DNA of 64,000 bases from Nemertoderma westbladi (GCA_032718475.1 JAUCBJ010006937.1:1-64000); one strand, 5' to 3'. Positions 46,967 through 61,005 are shown, numbered from the stretch's first letter. Numbers and translations are program-made. The notes: generated by a model not told the origin, from the sequence alone.

Positions 46967-48139
46967 TAAAAACACCTACACTGGAACCGCTGCGTGTAGA
47001 TGGCGAATTAGTTCCCCCTTCTCGCACTCGAGCCGACGTGATTCGAGAAAAGGTCCATGGAATAAACGTATCGCGTCGCCCTCTGCACTACCCCTTTTAT
47101 GGGATTAAAGACCATCCTCGATTCGTGATGCTCAAGCAACACTACGTAATACAACCTGAGCACCCCGGACAGGATGTGCGATTTCTACTGCTCGTAAATC
47201 CTTTTGGACCTCGTGGAATTAGAAGCTTTACATCATCAGCATTTAGACTCTCTAGTAAAACTAAACTCATTTAAAAAACCCTACAATATCGTGACAATAG
47301 AAGCCAGGCAACGTCCACCCTTCAATTTAGAGGCATTTATGGACTACCACCATTTGGTACATTGGAATTTGGATGTAACCTTTCTGGAGGATGACCTGAA
47401 ATATATCGAACCCAATGTAAACTCCCATGAGATGCCCAGTTATGAATCCATAAGGATAGCGTGTGGAGTACCTGGTTTATTAGATGCTGTATACGGCTTA
47501 CAGTTACGGTGTTATGATATATGACAATGAAGGCTCAGTGCCAGACCATGAACTCGGTTCGACTCGATTAATACACGTACGCGGTCTCACTGGAGCTACG
47601 CATGTTTTTATGCGCACTTGACGCGGTACCGAATGCTCTTTTCCCGCCATGACTGCTTATCAATGCCATGCGAGACATCAACAATTTGTTAAAGCGGAGG
47701 CGTATGTCAATGATATACACCGACACCCGGCTATGGGAATCAACGCTGCTTTGTTACCGCAACCGGTGTTAGATATTCTGTTGGATGAATCCGTCTACAA
47801 ACTCAGTTCAGCCATATATCGGGACTTAACGGATGATTTTCCTATTGTCCATGATATACCATATCTCTTCGTCAACACTCAAGTTATCCTTCCTTGGCGC
47901 AATCTTGTGGCTTCTTCAGAGTTATGTATCGGCGCAACGCTAACAATACGTATAACCGAGTTGATCGTACTTCCTCCGGCCATATCGCGTTCCAGGAGTA
48001 CGGTTGGAACTTCAAGGAGACCGACTGCGAGACGTATTCTCAAGTTTATGGTGACGCATATTCGCCCTATAATTTTTAGGGACCACTCACCTCTCCCGGT
48101 GCCGTGTATAGCTTTATGAGTGTCCCCTTACGCCCCTCA
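46967..48139 (+). pseudogene. Element 1 ORF2, part 2 (exonuclease ExoI/ExoII region)
   Basis: GVMIYDNEGS (YDNEG at 47520-47534)..LIHVRGLTGATHVF and LLPQPVLDILLDESVYKLSSAIYRDLTDDF..FVNTQ align with element 2 ORF2. Confidence 0.82.
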
Positions 48140-48369
48140 TTTTTTTTTTTTTTTTTTTAGTAGTTCCGGGAAAGCGACCCGGCCCTGTATTCGATAAACA
48201 ATATTAAAATGCACAATATAATTATGATTACCTACGCTAAAAACTACAATCTACTGCATTATCTCGCGATAAACGTACAAGAAGAACTTATTTTTCGTCT
48301 ATCGAGATAAATTAATTTATAATTTACTATTTAATATTTGTGTGAAAGAAAATAAATGTACCTGTGAAC

Positions 48370-51300
48370 AGAAATAACTGCCAGATTTATTGAGTTTCAA
48401 TTAAGTGTTGCTTTAGTGCCTTCTTGAACATTTGGGCAGAGCCTTTGAACCGTTGCAAACTGTCAGTATGTATAGTCAGTTGTATAGTAAGTGTGAGCGA
48501 GCAAAATTAGTACGTGGTGATGGTAATCTATAATGGAATTGCTGTCTAGTTTTCCGTCCGTGAATACTGATATTAGTTACCATTTTTGTCTTAAAATTTT
48601 TGGGTACAAAACACTAGTTCATGCGGTAGTTTTATATCGTTTTCAAACTGAGGAATTTGTACATTGCATTAATTTTAAGAAATTTATTATTTGAAAAAAT
48701 TGATTGTGTTGGGTGTCGGTATGGTTTTAATTCAACGATGCGGACAGCTTTCTTTTGTAGCCGGACTAGAGGATTAAGAGTGCTGTCATTAATATTACAA
48801 TTACCCCAAACAGTTAAAGCATACGATATATAAGGTTCTACCAATGTATTATATAGGAGCTTCCTAATCTGTATTGGAACGAAATGCTTGATCTTATTTA
48901 TTACACCTACGTTTTTTGATACTTTTATGCGAATATTTTGTATATGTAAATGCCATGAGAAATTTGATTGGAGGTGAATACCAAGAAATTTAATATTTTC
49001 AGTATCGTTTATTGTTCGCCCATTGATTTTGACCCCTGTGTTTTTTGGATTATATGGCTTCATTGAGAACACCATATATTTTGTTTTATCGAGATTTAAA
49101 GATAGTTTATTTAAGCAAATCCATTGATATATTTTATGTATTTCTTTGTTCATTGTTGATATCAGATCATGTACGTTTTCGCCTGAAATAAATAAGTTTG
49201 TATCATCAGCGAAGAGTATGAAATTTACGATTTTTGAAGAATTTGAGATGTCATTTATGTAAATTAAAAATAAAATTGGGCCAAGGACAGACCCCTGCGG
49301 AACTCCACATATCACATCAAGTGTATCTGAAATTGTTCCATTTAAATCAACGTATTGGGTTCGATTGTGGAGATAACTGGAAAACCATGCTAATGGGGTT
49401 CCGCATACACCGTAATGCTCAAGTTTTTTTTAATAGGATTGAATGATTAACGGTATCAAAGGCTTTGCTAAAATCCAAGAAAACACCAAGTGTAAGATGT
49501 TTATTTTCAATATCATCTGACAAATTAGATTGCAGGAGAGTGAGAGCTGTTATAGTTGATTTTTCCGATTGAAATCCGAACTGATTTTCATAAATAATAG
49601 AGTTTTTTATCATGAAGTTTACGAATTGTCGAGAAACAGCCTTTTCTAGAATTTTCGAAAAAAATGGGAGTATACTTATAGGACGGTAATTACCAAATTG
49701 ATCGGCGTTACTATGTTTGAAAATAGGTACAATTCTTGCCACTTTCATTAGATCTGGGAATATTCCCAGAGATAATGATTGATTAAGGATGTGTGTCAAT
49801 GGATGGGCTATGTAGAGAAAGTTTTGCCGAGCGATTTGAGAATCAACACCGTCCGAAGTCAAGGCTTTTGAATTGGTTATTGATGAGGCAATATCATATA
49901 CATCTTTAGTACTTAGTGGTGAAAAGTATAGTGAGGATGCGGTTTGGTTACCTAGGGTATCATATATGGAACCATTAGTATTAGGAATATTTTTCGCTAA
50001 GTTTGGACCTACATTACGATAAAAGTTATTGAATCCATTTGCAATCGCTGTGTTATTCCTAATTGACGAATTGTTTACTGTAAATGTATCAGGATAGTTT
50101 TGAGGCGAGCATGAGGCTCGGGGATTTATAAGTGTTTTTATTATTTTCCAGGTTTTCATCGTATTATTTCTATGAATATTAAATGATTTCTCAAAATAAG
50201 CTTTTTTTGCATTCCTAATTATTTTAGTAAGTTGGTTTTTATAAGCCGTATATTCGATTTTTTTGCTTAGAGATCTGCTATTAATGTATTTTGCATATAG
50301 TGCATGCTTACGTTTGATACATTTATAAATACTTTCAGATAGCCAAGGTTTATCGCTATTTATTATCTTTATTTTTTTAGTGGGAAAACATTTGTTATAT
50401 AGCTTCTGATATATTTCAATAAACGTATTGTAAGCAATATTGGGGTCACTTTCTTGCGTAACTTCTTCCCAGCCTCCATTGTTAAAAGTTTGTTTAAGGA
50501 TCTCCACAAATTTTTTACTGTTTGTTTCTGATCTATCCGTAACTAAGATGTAAGATGGTTTACTATGTTTACTGGGAATTGTTATTTCAGAATTGACAAA
50601 TATGGGTAGATGGTCAGATAAACTGGCTACAATTATTCCAGATTTACGAATGTTTGTAATATCGTTTGTTATGATATTATCAATACAGGTTGCAGTAGTT
50701 TCTGTTATACGAGTTGGTTTGGTAATAACAGGATAAAAAAACTGTTCTGATAGTAGTTCAAAAAAATCAGTTGGTTGTTTATGTATATTAACTCCTAACA
50801 TATCTATGTTAAAGTCGATGTTATCTATCTAAGTTTATTTTCTGTATTAATCTGTTCTAAAATGTGCTTTAATTTCCTTAGAAAGCCAATTACATCTTTT
50901 GCAGGTGGACGATATATACATCCTATGATAATATTTTTTGCATTTTCTCGATCCCACTCGGCAAAAACTGACTCCAAATCAGGCTCATCTTTCTCGAGAT
51001 CATGGCGGGGTTTGCAATTCAAGTTATTGCTTAAATAGAGACTACATCCCCCGCCACGTTGATTGGCACGAGGTTTGCTATGGTAAATTTTGTATCCATC
51101 CAGCTGATAGTCATTAAGGTTGTCCTTTTTCAACCAAGTTTCAGTTAGAGCAATTGCGGAAAAGGGTTTCTCTATTATTTGTAATAAATCGTATAGATTA
51201 TGAAAATTCTTCGGAACACTCCTTATATTCGTATGAAAAAGAGACAATCCATTTTCTTGCTGATTTTTTAAGTTAAAATCTGTTGACACCAAATTGTTAT

Positions 51301-51718
51301 AGTAACGACATTGAATTTTAGTGTAAATGTTATTTAGTATATTGCTATCTGGATTATTGTCTCTGTCAAATTCAAAAATGGTGTCACCTGCATTCAAATC
51401 TGTCAGTCTAACTGTATTAGAGGTTAAAAGGTCAATATCGATTATCGAAGGCAATCGATAGTCGTATATTGTTAAAAGAAACTCATCTTCGTCTATAATA
51501 TTTGTGAAAGGCAGTGCATTAAAAATACAATGTGGGCAAAACCAAATGGACTGAGATAAGAGTTGTTTAAATTCTGAAAATTTAAGAGATGGGATACAAC
51601 GGTAGTGAACAAATTGCTTACAAGCAGCACATTTCAATTTAGAGATATTGGAGCTTTTTATTAATTTAGTGCAATAGTGGCAAGTGCTATTTTGAATCAT
51701 ATAAAATTTAAGATTCAA
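48370..51718 (-). pseudogene. LINE ORF2 (PHD finger, APE endonuclease, RT), frameshifted
   Basis: CHYC..CAAC..HYRC..WFCPHC; ALTETWL, YRPP, SDHLPI; DFSKAFDTV, GVPQGSVLGP, FADDT; split over three ORFs. Confidence 0.92.
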
Positions 51719-52044
51719 TAAAATTAAGACAAAATAGGAGAAAACAATGCAGTAGATTAAAACTAAAAAAACAAACTAACTAATACGCTACAAGTAAACG
51801 CTACAAAGCCTAGTATATATGTAGGGTAAGATAGTTAGTGTAAAAGCTATAGGGAGTAAACAGTCCAAGCAGTCAGTAAGTCCTTTCCTAAACACTAATT
51901 ATGGCTAGACTGTGTCGTATATTTTGGCGAAATGGCCAATTGTAGTTTTTTGTAAATAAAACTAAATTTCCCTACACTCATTGCAACCTTGTATGGTGTA
52001 AACACAATAATATTACATTCCAATGTCATTTAATCTATGTGACC

Positions 52045-53073
52045 TCAGAAACCATGAAATACTATATCACCTTCCCCAGCTGGATCGCTGCTGGTTGATT
52101 CTATTCGGTGTGTCAACTCGGTTCCGTTAGCAGCACTTTTATTGTGGTTCTTGTCTCTAGAAGGAGGTGGGTGGGTGGTCAGTGCTGCGCCTGCCGCTGT
52201 CGGTCCAGTGCGATTGTAGCGTTTCCGGTTCCGCTCGACCTTCTCCTCCATAGTGAAATGCTTAACGTGTTTAACGTCGTCGTCGCGTTCAATTTCGATT
52301 TTGTTACCCTTTTTATCTATAGCAAAGATGCGCCCATCTCGCGACCAACCAATCCCATTTACACGAATACGTTTTAGTAAATCCCGTCTACGGGGCGTTA
52401 AGCACTCGGTTATAAAGCTTGGCGAAGCGCGAAGGCGGTGGTCCTCTTTGAAAATTCTCGCCCGTGTTCTATATCGGACTAACTTGACAATAATCGGTGG
52501 ATTATATTTACGATTACCGATGGTATCTATGGGGGCTTTGCTAGGAAGGCGATGACATCTATCCAGATCCCTTTCATCGATATTGAGATTTAGAGATTCC
52601 TTGAAGAATTGAAGCACAACATTACAGGTATCGTCTTCGGATTTCTCACCTGGAAGTTGCTCCAATCCGTGGATCAGGACACAATTCCGACGAGAATATT
52701 GCTCGGCATTATCATGACGTACTGATAAATTATTGGCCAAATCAGTGAGATTACTTTTAATTTCTTCGATTGAATCGCGTATTTTCTCTACCTCGAAATT
52801 AACAAGAGACTTGATTGTATCAATTAAGGACGATCGTTGTTTAGCACGAAGTTGCTGTTCCGAACTGGATCCACTGCCTGTCACAGTATGACTGGAGATC
52901 TCTAATTCTGACCGGTCGTCTAATGCTTTCGATACTATTTCAGCGATTCTATCGTCCAATCCATCGATGTTGTCCTGTAGACCACCAAGACGCTCCATTT
53001 GTTCCGAGATGGATTTGTTAAATACGCCAGACGATGTCGTACCTTTCTTCCCTTGTTTAAGTTGTTTGGGCAT
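52045..53073 (-). CDS. LINE ORF1 protein (coiled coil plus RRM-like)
   Basis: EQYSRRNCVLIHGL, DRCHRL, PPIIVKL, FITECLT and WSRDGRIF motifs typical of this ORF1 class. Confidence 0.88.
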   Translation of the reverse strand: MPKQLKQGKKGTTSSGVFNKSISEQMERLGGLQDNIDGLDDRIAEIVSKALDDRSELEISSHTVTGSGSSSEQQLRAKQRSSLIDTIKSLVNFEVEKIRDSIEEIKSNLTDLANNLSVRHDNAEQYSRRNCVLIHGLEQLPGEKSEDDTCNVVLQFFKESLNLNIDERDLDRCHRLPSKAPIDTIGNRKYNPPIIVKLVRYRTRARIFKEDHRLRASPSFITECLTPRRRDLLKRIRVNGIGWSRDGRIFAIDKKGNKIEIERDDDVKHVKHFTMEEKVERNRKRYNRTGPTAAGAALTTHPPPSRDKNHNKSAANGTELTHRIESTSSDPAGEGDIVFHGF

Positions 53074-53387
53074 GATTGAATCCGTAGGCTAAGGTCCTGA
53101 GGATTGTGTTCACGTGCTTTTTTTAAAATAATTATTGAGTGAATTGCTATTTAATGTTGGTAGATCGATCATAATAGATGGACCTGATAAATCCCAGTTG
53201 TTAAGTTTTATTGTTAATTATAATGATACATTGCGGCCGTTAGTCGCCTCCTTTACGGCACAGTCAGATTACTGCTAGACTACGAAGCTACCGGTACCAT
53301 GTACCGCTACACTACTGTTCCGCAAATACTGTAAATACTGCAAATACAAATACTAAGTTACTCCCTTTACTATTTGCCATGTGTGGA

Positions 53388-54912
53388 CATTAACCAACCA
53401 GACCCCATCGGTGGTGTGTTTCCTTCCTGTCAGACACTATTCCCTTCCTGTCAGACACTATTCGATCATTGGATTCATCATTGGCGATGTACCTCATATT
53501 CGAAAACCAAGCGTTATCGGGATGGCTTGCGGACATATGTAGCCTTATGTTGAGAGTGCACTCGCCAACTCGCCAACTCGCCAAGCTCAATGAATTCGGA
53601 AAATTCTTGAACTTTGAATGCTTTCGACGCTTCCGGACCCCTTTCGCCAACATCGACAGCCAGTTCCGCGTAAAGTCGTTGTTTCAGCGGGAGTTACGCC
53701 ACGGATGAGCTAGCCAGCAGTGGCTTTGCCATATTCCGGGACATGTGCGTTTCAAACCTGCACCCGTCGGTAATCGAGAGACCCATTCACCCGGATTCTC
53801 GGTTGGCCAAATACAGACTGATATCGTGGACGCCTCATGCCAAACAGAAGAGCCAATTTATTTGGAAGCGACCTCAGTAACCACTACTGTTATGTCAACA
53901 CCCGATAACGAGTCCGCCCTAATAGACTGGTATCGCGGAACTGTGCGGCTCACCGTCCGAGGTTTCCGCTACGCGTCGTTCCAAAGACATATCCGTTGTA
54001 CGCACTGCGGTCTTCATACACACAACACTCCCATCCAACCTGGAGTTCTCTGCGACAGTAATATTAAACTCTATTGCCCATACTGTCATATTAGTGGTGA
54101 TCACATTTTCTTCTCGTGCAGTCTTTGCTACACAATGTGAGCGTTGTCAATTTAAAGGACACAGTAGTTCAAACTGCCCTTTTGGCCACAACATAGAAGT
54201 AGAAGACGAGACCAGTGTTGCGCGATACATCCGATCATGGGAAGGATGCGCAGACCTCAATGCGTATGCTATGTCTCGATACGCCGCAGCAAGGGCTCAT
54301 CTCGGAGTGTACGTGGTTACCCCCTTTATTTGCGCCACTGACGTCCGATGTGCTTGGTTACCCAGCTACGAACTCCTCAACCGTGTAGCTTCCTGCACCA
54401 ACACCCGTTTCATCCGATGTTTTCTTCGAGAAATACATCCAGAACATGTGACGTCTTACGACATAATCAAATTCATTAAAGACTCCCCCTTCTATGGTCC
54501 CCACTTCCTGGAGAGACATCCCAATCTGCTTCCACAGCACTGGGCCTTCCACGAACACGTTCATCATGAAGGACCGGTCTCACACGCTGTGCCTCCGAGA
54601 ATTTTCCTCGGCCAACAGTCTCTGTTTGATACCACAACCCAAACTGTCCCCTCCGGGCCAGTGCAAACCGCCGTGCGGAAGCGCTTAGCCGCTCCCCTGG
54701 AACTGGGATTCCGTCGACCGGCTGTCAACTCACACGTCACGAGACCGGCTGAGTTCCTGTCCTTACCCAGCACCTCCACCGGAACATATACTGATCATCC
54801 GAGTTCTCCAACGCCTGATGCGGTAGACATACACTCAGGCCCCGATGGGACGATTTCGAGCGACGACCTCACACTGCCTGCGCCCCTGACACCCACGAAA
54901 AGGAGGAAATGA
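53388..54912 (+). pseudogene. Element 1 ORF2, part 3 (zinc knuckles and C-terminus)
   Basis: CTHCGLHTH, CPYCHISGDHIFFSC, CERCQFKGHSSSNC, RAHLG..V.P and FLREIHPE match element 2 ORF2 (RAHLGFWAVNP, YLLQIHPD). Confidence 0.85.
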
Positions 54913-55094
54913 CTCTTTATGCGCAGTACTCCCAAGCACCCGAAAGCAACCCGAGCACTCGAAAGCGATAATATAAGATTATTTTTAGTTAGCCTGACGA
55001 ACTTTATTAAATCCCCATACCTGTTCGCAAACTATTATATTTGTAAATAATAAACAATGCGTATTTTTTTATATAGTAAGACTGAAATTCAGTA

Positions 55095-55375
55095 TATTTG
55101 TACCTAAAGACATAATGAATGGGAGAATCTTTTAGGCTAGTTAAGCCAAGGAATGCTGTTCACCACCATGGGTAATCTTCCACAGTAAACCCTTCCACTC
55201 TGTTTCCCAAGTTGCCTTGGTTCCCATTTATCGACCACTGAAGGATGAAAGCCGGGGTTAGGCTAGGCTGCAGCATTTACTGCACTGCGCCCAAACAGTG
55301 CTGCCCCATCTGGAGATCAAACCCGGGCTCCCTAATCGGAAGCACAGTAATGTCACCATTAGACCAAGCTGCTGC
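55095..55375 (-). mobile_element. tRNA-derived SINE with Deu/Nin-like core
   Basis: Sense TGGTCTAATGG and GGGTTTGATCTC boxes, then CTTTCATCCTTCAGTGGTCGATAAATG; 3' end approximate. Confidence 0.6.
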
Positions 55376-55720
55376 TATAATATGACTCATATTACTTACT
55401 TACGTACCTAGAGAATATTCGTAAATATGTTAAACCCTAGTATTATTTGAAAGGTTGTTTAAAACTTACTTAGTTTCATCGGAAGTGACCTAACGGACTT
55501 TATTGTTTATATGAGAAAGTTGACCTACCATTATTAACTCCGTTTAATTTAGTTGGATTCTTTATTATATTTAATTGTATGTAATGAGTATTTGATATCA
55601 ACATGATTTAAAATGTTGAAAGTTTATATATACTTCTTTCGATGTAAATTTTAGAAAAAACTCAATATTATGCCATTTAAAACATTGTGTTGGGAACTTG
55701 TACGTGATTTTAGGGAACGG

Positions 55721-56707
55721 TTTTGCTGCCAATGCTAACTGTATACAGAAATCTTATATTTTCATCGGATTATTATTCGGTTTCAGTGCATATAATATTT
55801 GTGCTTCGTATGTATTGAATAGCCCATAAAGTTGTTTATATTGTTGCCTAACAACAGTTGTGGTATTACTGAACTCTCACTGGTAACTACCGAAACTGGT
55901 ATTCTTGCGTCTTATTGGCTGTTCTATTTCGTTGAGCATTGTTGTATTCATATATAACTGTTGTCTGCCTCGATACGATAGGCTTAACTTGATATTATTT
56001 CAAGTACTTTACATTGATTTTATAGCACTGCAAGCCACGTTAGTTACAGTGGCCCGCAATATTTTACCTAATCGCTTGTACTAATCACTAATCATTTGCA
56101 ATTTACAACTTATGTTTGCATTTACTATTATTGCATTACTTGTTGATGAATATATTGGACCAGAGATCAAACCAACTCGATTTCCACACGGTGAGTGTAT
56201 TTGTGCCCTGTCAGTAATAAGATTTGGTTCCAACACGGTGAGTGTATTTGTGCCCTGTCAGTAATAAGATTTGGTTCATTTAATGCGAATGTGTGAGTCC
56301 ATAGTATTGTTATATTATTCCCAACTAGTAACTATTATTTACCAGCAATACAAGTGATACGAGTAAATCATGCGCTTATCACGCACTAGGCCAATGTAGT
56401 GTCCTACCTGTGATATATGTAAGTCATACGTACATTTACTAGCCAACAACACAATATAACGGAATGGTTTACACGTACTATCGCACCCCCCTTGAAGCAG
56501 TTTGTAAGTGCCGAGGCATTATACACATACACTAACTAATTCTAGATCTTGTTAAGATATATATATTAGATAATATATTTATACCCCCACACTTGCGTGA
56601 GTGTTCCTGCTATGCGGCAGGTATCCCGAGGCTTTGATAACACTCATAAGAACTACATAACGGCTCGCTAGGCATTTTCAGGTAAGCCTCCCATAAACGC
56701 CTCGACA
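55721..56707 (+). repeat. Element 1 3' LTR (987 bp)
   Basis: Preceded by GGAACGG (55714-55720); contains ATTGG and TATATAA (55951) and an internal tandem duplication of about 47 bp (about 56185-56277); followed by TSD CCCGA. Confidence 0.88.
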
Positions 56708-58207
56708 CCCGAAAATATCGACAAAGGCGAAATTATCAACGAAAATATCGAAATTATAAAACATTATTTAAAATATCGTTTTCCAGTGAGATTTGTATTA
56801 TTAGAAGGCACACTTTACATTTTTTAATTAATGAAATCAGATAATTTCGCCGCATTTTCGCCCTTAAAAGTAATTTAATATCAAATACTGTCTGCTGGTT
56901 GGTTGTTGGGTGTTGTTGACCAATAATGCCGGCTTGGATGAATCAATTCAGCATCAGCTGATCAGTGTTCTACAAGCGTGGGACATACAGCCTGAAGGGG
57001 AAAATGAACCGAACCGGTCCGGTCAGCCGGTACCCTAACTCAACACTGCATACCCATTACAGCACATGGTACAGTACAGACCACCAGAAAACGCAGATTT
57101 GTACAATTGTGAACACATTTTATCAAATGTGTACCAGTGTAATGTAATGTTGTTAAACGGGACAATTGAACATAATTGAACATAATTGAAATGGCAACAA
57201 CCAAAATTTTTTCGCCAAAGGATACAATTGAATACTTTTGAAACGCTTAGTAATCTGGAAACTCTCTGTAGTTTGCCGCGATCTGTAACTCACTACAGCT
57301 GGAAATGCGATAAGGATTTTGTTTACCTTTATAGTGTGCGGTTAATAGTGTCTAGTAGACAGGCCTATAGTTAGTGATGTTAAGGCATCTTCTGGTGTGT
57401 CTCTGTGCCCTCCCGGTGTCAGACTAATGGTGCGACATCTCCCTGCACTAAATTAATTATTCAATTGTCTAGGCTCCTCCATCCACATACCCATCCACTC
57501 CCATACACTCCATGAACCTCCATGTGGTCTTGTATGTGGTTCTCTCTATACCAATACAGCCCATGTCCGCAATGTTACGCCCTGGGGGCTCTCTCATCTA
57601 CCTGATATCAGACATACAGGCGCACCGCACACAAAGCCTTTGTCGGTCCCAGCAAGTTAGCCTCCTGCTGTGTGATCTAGAAGATAACTCGCCATAACCT
57701 GCCAATCAGATGACTTGAACAAATGTGTCCACATGTGATCACATGTGATCACATTGGATGAAATCTGCTTTTTCTGGTGGCCTGTACTGTACCTACGGGT
57801 TACATGTGTTGTGTACACTAAACAGTGACTGTCACGCAAGTGGCGCATTTGGACAGGCTGACTGGTGATTGTAACTATACACAGAACTGCAGTGCAGCAG
57901 TCGCAATGCTGTAGGCCTACACTCTGACTGTGCTGTCCTAATTTGAGCGCCATCTTGTGGTGTTTTGCCATCATTGGATTACCCCTAAAAACCAATCAGT
58001 AGAGACAGTATTTGGTATTAAATTACTTTTAGGGTCGAAAATGGGGCGAAATTATCGGATTTCATTAATTAAAAAATGTAAAGTGTGCCTTCTAATAATA
58101 CCAATCTCACTGGAAGTTAGATTTTATTCAAAGTTGTCTAATTTCGACATTTTCGTTAATAATTTTGTCTTTTTCTTTATTTTCGTGTTTTATAACTATC
58201 CCATGTA
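56708..58207. mobile_element. Long-TIR (foldback-like) non-autonomous DNA element; left TIR continues at about 5935-5964
   Basis: 56781-56892 is an inverted match to 58003-58115, extending outward and across the element 1 insertion site; outer ends not resolved. Confidence 0.75.
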
Positions 58208-58290
58208 AGCCCTTTTATTTAAACGACAAAAATGGGTAAAAAATGTTTTTTGAAGATTTTGTAAATTTTCGAAAAATGAACTTCCATTGG

Positions 58291-58890
58291 TGTGACGGGA
58301 TCAAGGGATCCCGACCGGGTTATAAGTTGTATGCGTCACAGTGGGCTGATGGCAAGATGGAGAAAAGTCTGAGTTTGATGTTCCTTCGTTTATACGAACT
58401 GATAATGATAGCACAGTAGATTGGATAACAATAATAGTGAATAATAAATCAGTATATGACAGCACCGCGATGACGGTAAAACTATAATGCTGGTCTGCAC
58501 TGAAACTGACAACTGAGTAAACTGATTAACAGACCGGCAGCAAGTAGATAATATACGACACACCAATATTACTCCACTGCTACATTACTGTGGCCTCTTA
58601 CCTAGTGGATGCTCTCCCTCGCCCCTATTGGCTAATAACCTACTTCACGCCTCTCCACTCTCTGGGAGTGTTCCCCCCCCCCCCCCCTGTCGCTGGCCCC
58701 AGCTAGCTGTCTCCCCTACCGAGGTGGTTTGACCTCTAACCTCCCTTTGTGTGGCTTTGGGGTTTGTATTGTCCCCGATGTTGGTTGTGATACGAGATTA
58801 GCTATTGCTGATCTTGTATCTCCAACATATTGCTGAAAATGCCACTTCCTATTTTATGAGGGTAATGAGGCGGAATTGAATCCGCTTACA
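58291..58890. mobile_element. Solo LTR, 600 bp
   Basis: TGTGA...TTACA termini; TSD ATTGG (58286-58290, 58891-58895). Confidence 0.85.
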
Positions 58891-59140
58891 ATTGGGGGTA
58901 ATAGTCCCCTTAATACATATAGAGCCCATAAAGGGGGCAACCAGAACCATTCCATTTTAAACAAACTTAACATTTTGAATTTTCCTCCCCCATAACATGA
59001 ACTTGTTGTGATAAGTTAGATGAAGTTCACATTAGTAAGACCAAGTTCATGTTAGATTTTTTTATATTTTTCTTTTAGATTTTTTTATTTATTTTTTATT
59101 ATTTTCTTCTTTAAATTTGGCTTTTTTGTTGCTTACTTAA

Positions 59141-60313
59141 CCCTATTAAACCCGGGGGTGGGGGGGGGGGGGGGTCAATATGACCCTTCCCGTGTTTTTT
59201 TTGTTACAGCTATAGCTATAGTTTGCGCAATAGGGGTTTTTTGGGGCTCTGATTTCGATGGAATATATACGAGTTTTGAAAATCCATTCAATAGTAAAAT
59301 TGATATTAAATTGTAAAATTAAATTGTTACAACTTATTTCTCGGTTTTAGAGGTTTATGGCGGTTCTGAATTCAATGAAATAAATAATTATCTAATTAGA
59401 CATCTCAAACTTGTATTTTTCAGAACTGGGTGGAAAATTTGGTGCTAGCACCAAATTTTGCAAACCACAAAATATATCAATTGATTGTATCGCCTTGTTT
59501 CTTGCGTTATACGGGTTTGTAAAGGTTCTGAATTCAATGGAATATGTAAAAATTACATAAGAAGTTTCAAACCTGTATTTTTCGCCGGTGGGTGAAAATT
59601 GTTGTGCCAGCACCAAATTTTTGAAAATAGGCAAATTGATCAAGAGATAGTATCATCTTGTTTCTTGCATTATACAGGTTTGTGAGAGTCATGATTCCGA
59701 TGGAATCAATAAAAACAGCACTGGACATCTCAAACTTGTACTTTTAGTGATGGGTACGAAATTTTGTTCTAGCACCAAAATTTGCCATATTGCGCCGAAA
59801 AATACAATTAGCAGTGATCTAGCAAATTAGAAAAGTATTCCATTAGAATCAGCGCCCAAGAAAACCTAAAAATGTGAATTTATAGCATCGTATAAGTGAA
59901 TTACAAATTTTGTGTTCAAACTGAGAAGTGCTGGTTACTTCTTTTGTCATTATTTGCCTAAGTAGAGGACTAAAACAGCCATTTATAGTAATCAGATCAT
60001 TTTTAAACAGTTTCAAATGGATTATGCGCCCCAGAAAACCTGTATTTTAAAACAAATTGCCGAAAATTATAACTTTCAAATTTTATGAAAATTGTTCACT
60101 ACTTGTAATTTTGGTGAAGCAAAATAACCACTCCAGTCCTTTTTTCGAAATTTTTTTTTCGGTCGGATTCGTACAAACAAAAAATCTGACGTTTTTGTAA
60201 AAATGTATAGATTTTATAGGGGGGGGGGGGTGGGGAGGGGGGGGCAATATGACCCTCCACCCCCCCCCCCCCCCCCCTGGTATTTGTACAACATTTTATA
60301 GCCCGGTACTAAT
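59141..60313 (+). mobile_element. piggyBac-type copy D (older, internally deleted, right tip lost)
   Basis: TTAA|CCCTATTAAACCCGGGG start; diverged match to copies A-C. Confidence 0.85.
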
Positions 60314-60700
60314 TAAATGGAGAATGAACAAAAAAGTGGATGCTATTCAGCAACTTTTGCTTCATTCAGCATTCTGCCAACTTTGCCGGTACATATGTAA
60401 TTGCTGTGGTTGGTTAGATTGGCTGGATCGATGGAGGCTGTGTTTGCGTTATTTTAATTTTGTACCGGGTAACCAAACCATCAAATCTATAAACTAGAAA
60501 CTCTGAAACCCAAAATTATTCGATTATGGACTGTCTCTTAGAAAGGCTGACTCCAAAATCGTCGGCTTTTCAAATTTATAATGGGACCCTGAAGCCCAAT
60601 CAAGTACTTGGCTTCAGGTAGAGATCCTGAAGCCTAGCCTGGGCCTAGCCTAGTGCAAAGGGACAACTTATTCCCCAGTGGGATCTTTTGCTGTGCATAG

Positions 60701-61005
60701 TACGAGCCTGAAAAGGACTCGGACCGCAATGGAAGTCGCATTCCTCCCCTCGAACTGACGTTCCATGACCAACAGAGCGGTTTACAGTCCACGAATTTAT
60801 TACGAGCCTGAAAAGGACTTGGAACACCACGGAAAACCACATTCCCTCGCTTGACTGACAGACATCGATGGATGAAGTGGTTTGTAGTCTGTGGAGCTAT
60901 TACAAGCCTGAAAATGACTCGGAATGTAACAGAAAGCTGCATCCTCTCATCAGACCCTACGGATACTAATGAACGGAGCGACCGGCACCGAACGGTGCTA
61001 TTACG
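60701..61005. repeat. Three diverged units with exact 100-bp period
   Basis: TACRAGCCTGAAAAKGACTYGGA at 60701, 60801, 60901. Confidence 0.85.

Larger units (their letters stand above)
48141..53387 (-). mobile_element. Apparently full-length CR1/L2-group LINE inserted in element 1 ORF2
   Basis: Poly(A) seen as T run 48140-48158; 3' stem-loop CCGGG..CCCGG at about 48166-48182; two ORFs; possible short TSD CAT(T). Confidence 0.88.
5965..56707 (+). mobile_element. BEL/Pao LTR retrotransposon, element 1 (decayed; roughly 18 kb after removing nested inserts)
   Basis: Direct terminal repeats 5965-6516 and 55721-56707; 5-bp TSD CCCGA (5960-5964, 56708-56712); the empty site restores a TIR matching 58141-58206; BEL gag-pol remnants inside. 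Confidence 0.88.

Noticed and set aside
28345-46970. Tyrosine-recombinase-type integration (9-bp CATATTAAA overlap) or canonical TG..CA ends
   Set aside because: The element encodes a DDE integrase; a 5-bp CATAT TSD fits the internal LTR edges, whereas TG..CA needs mismatches at both ends.
60701-61005. CRISPR array
   Set aside because: Eukaryotic context, no cas genes, and the spacers are homologous to each other.
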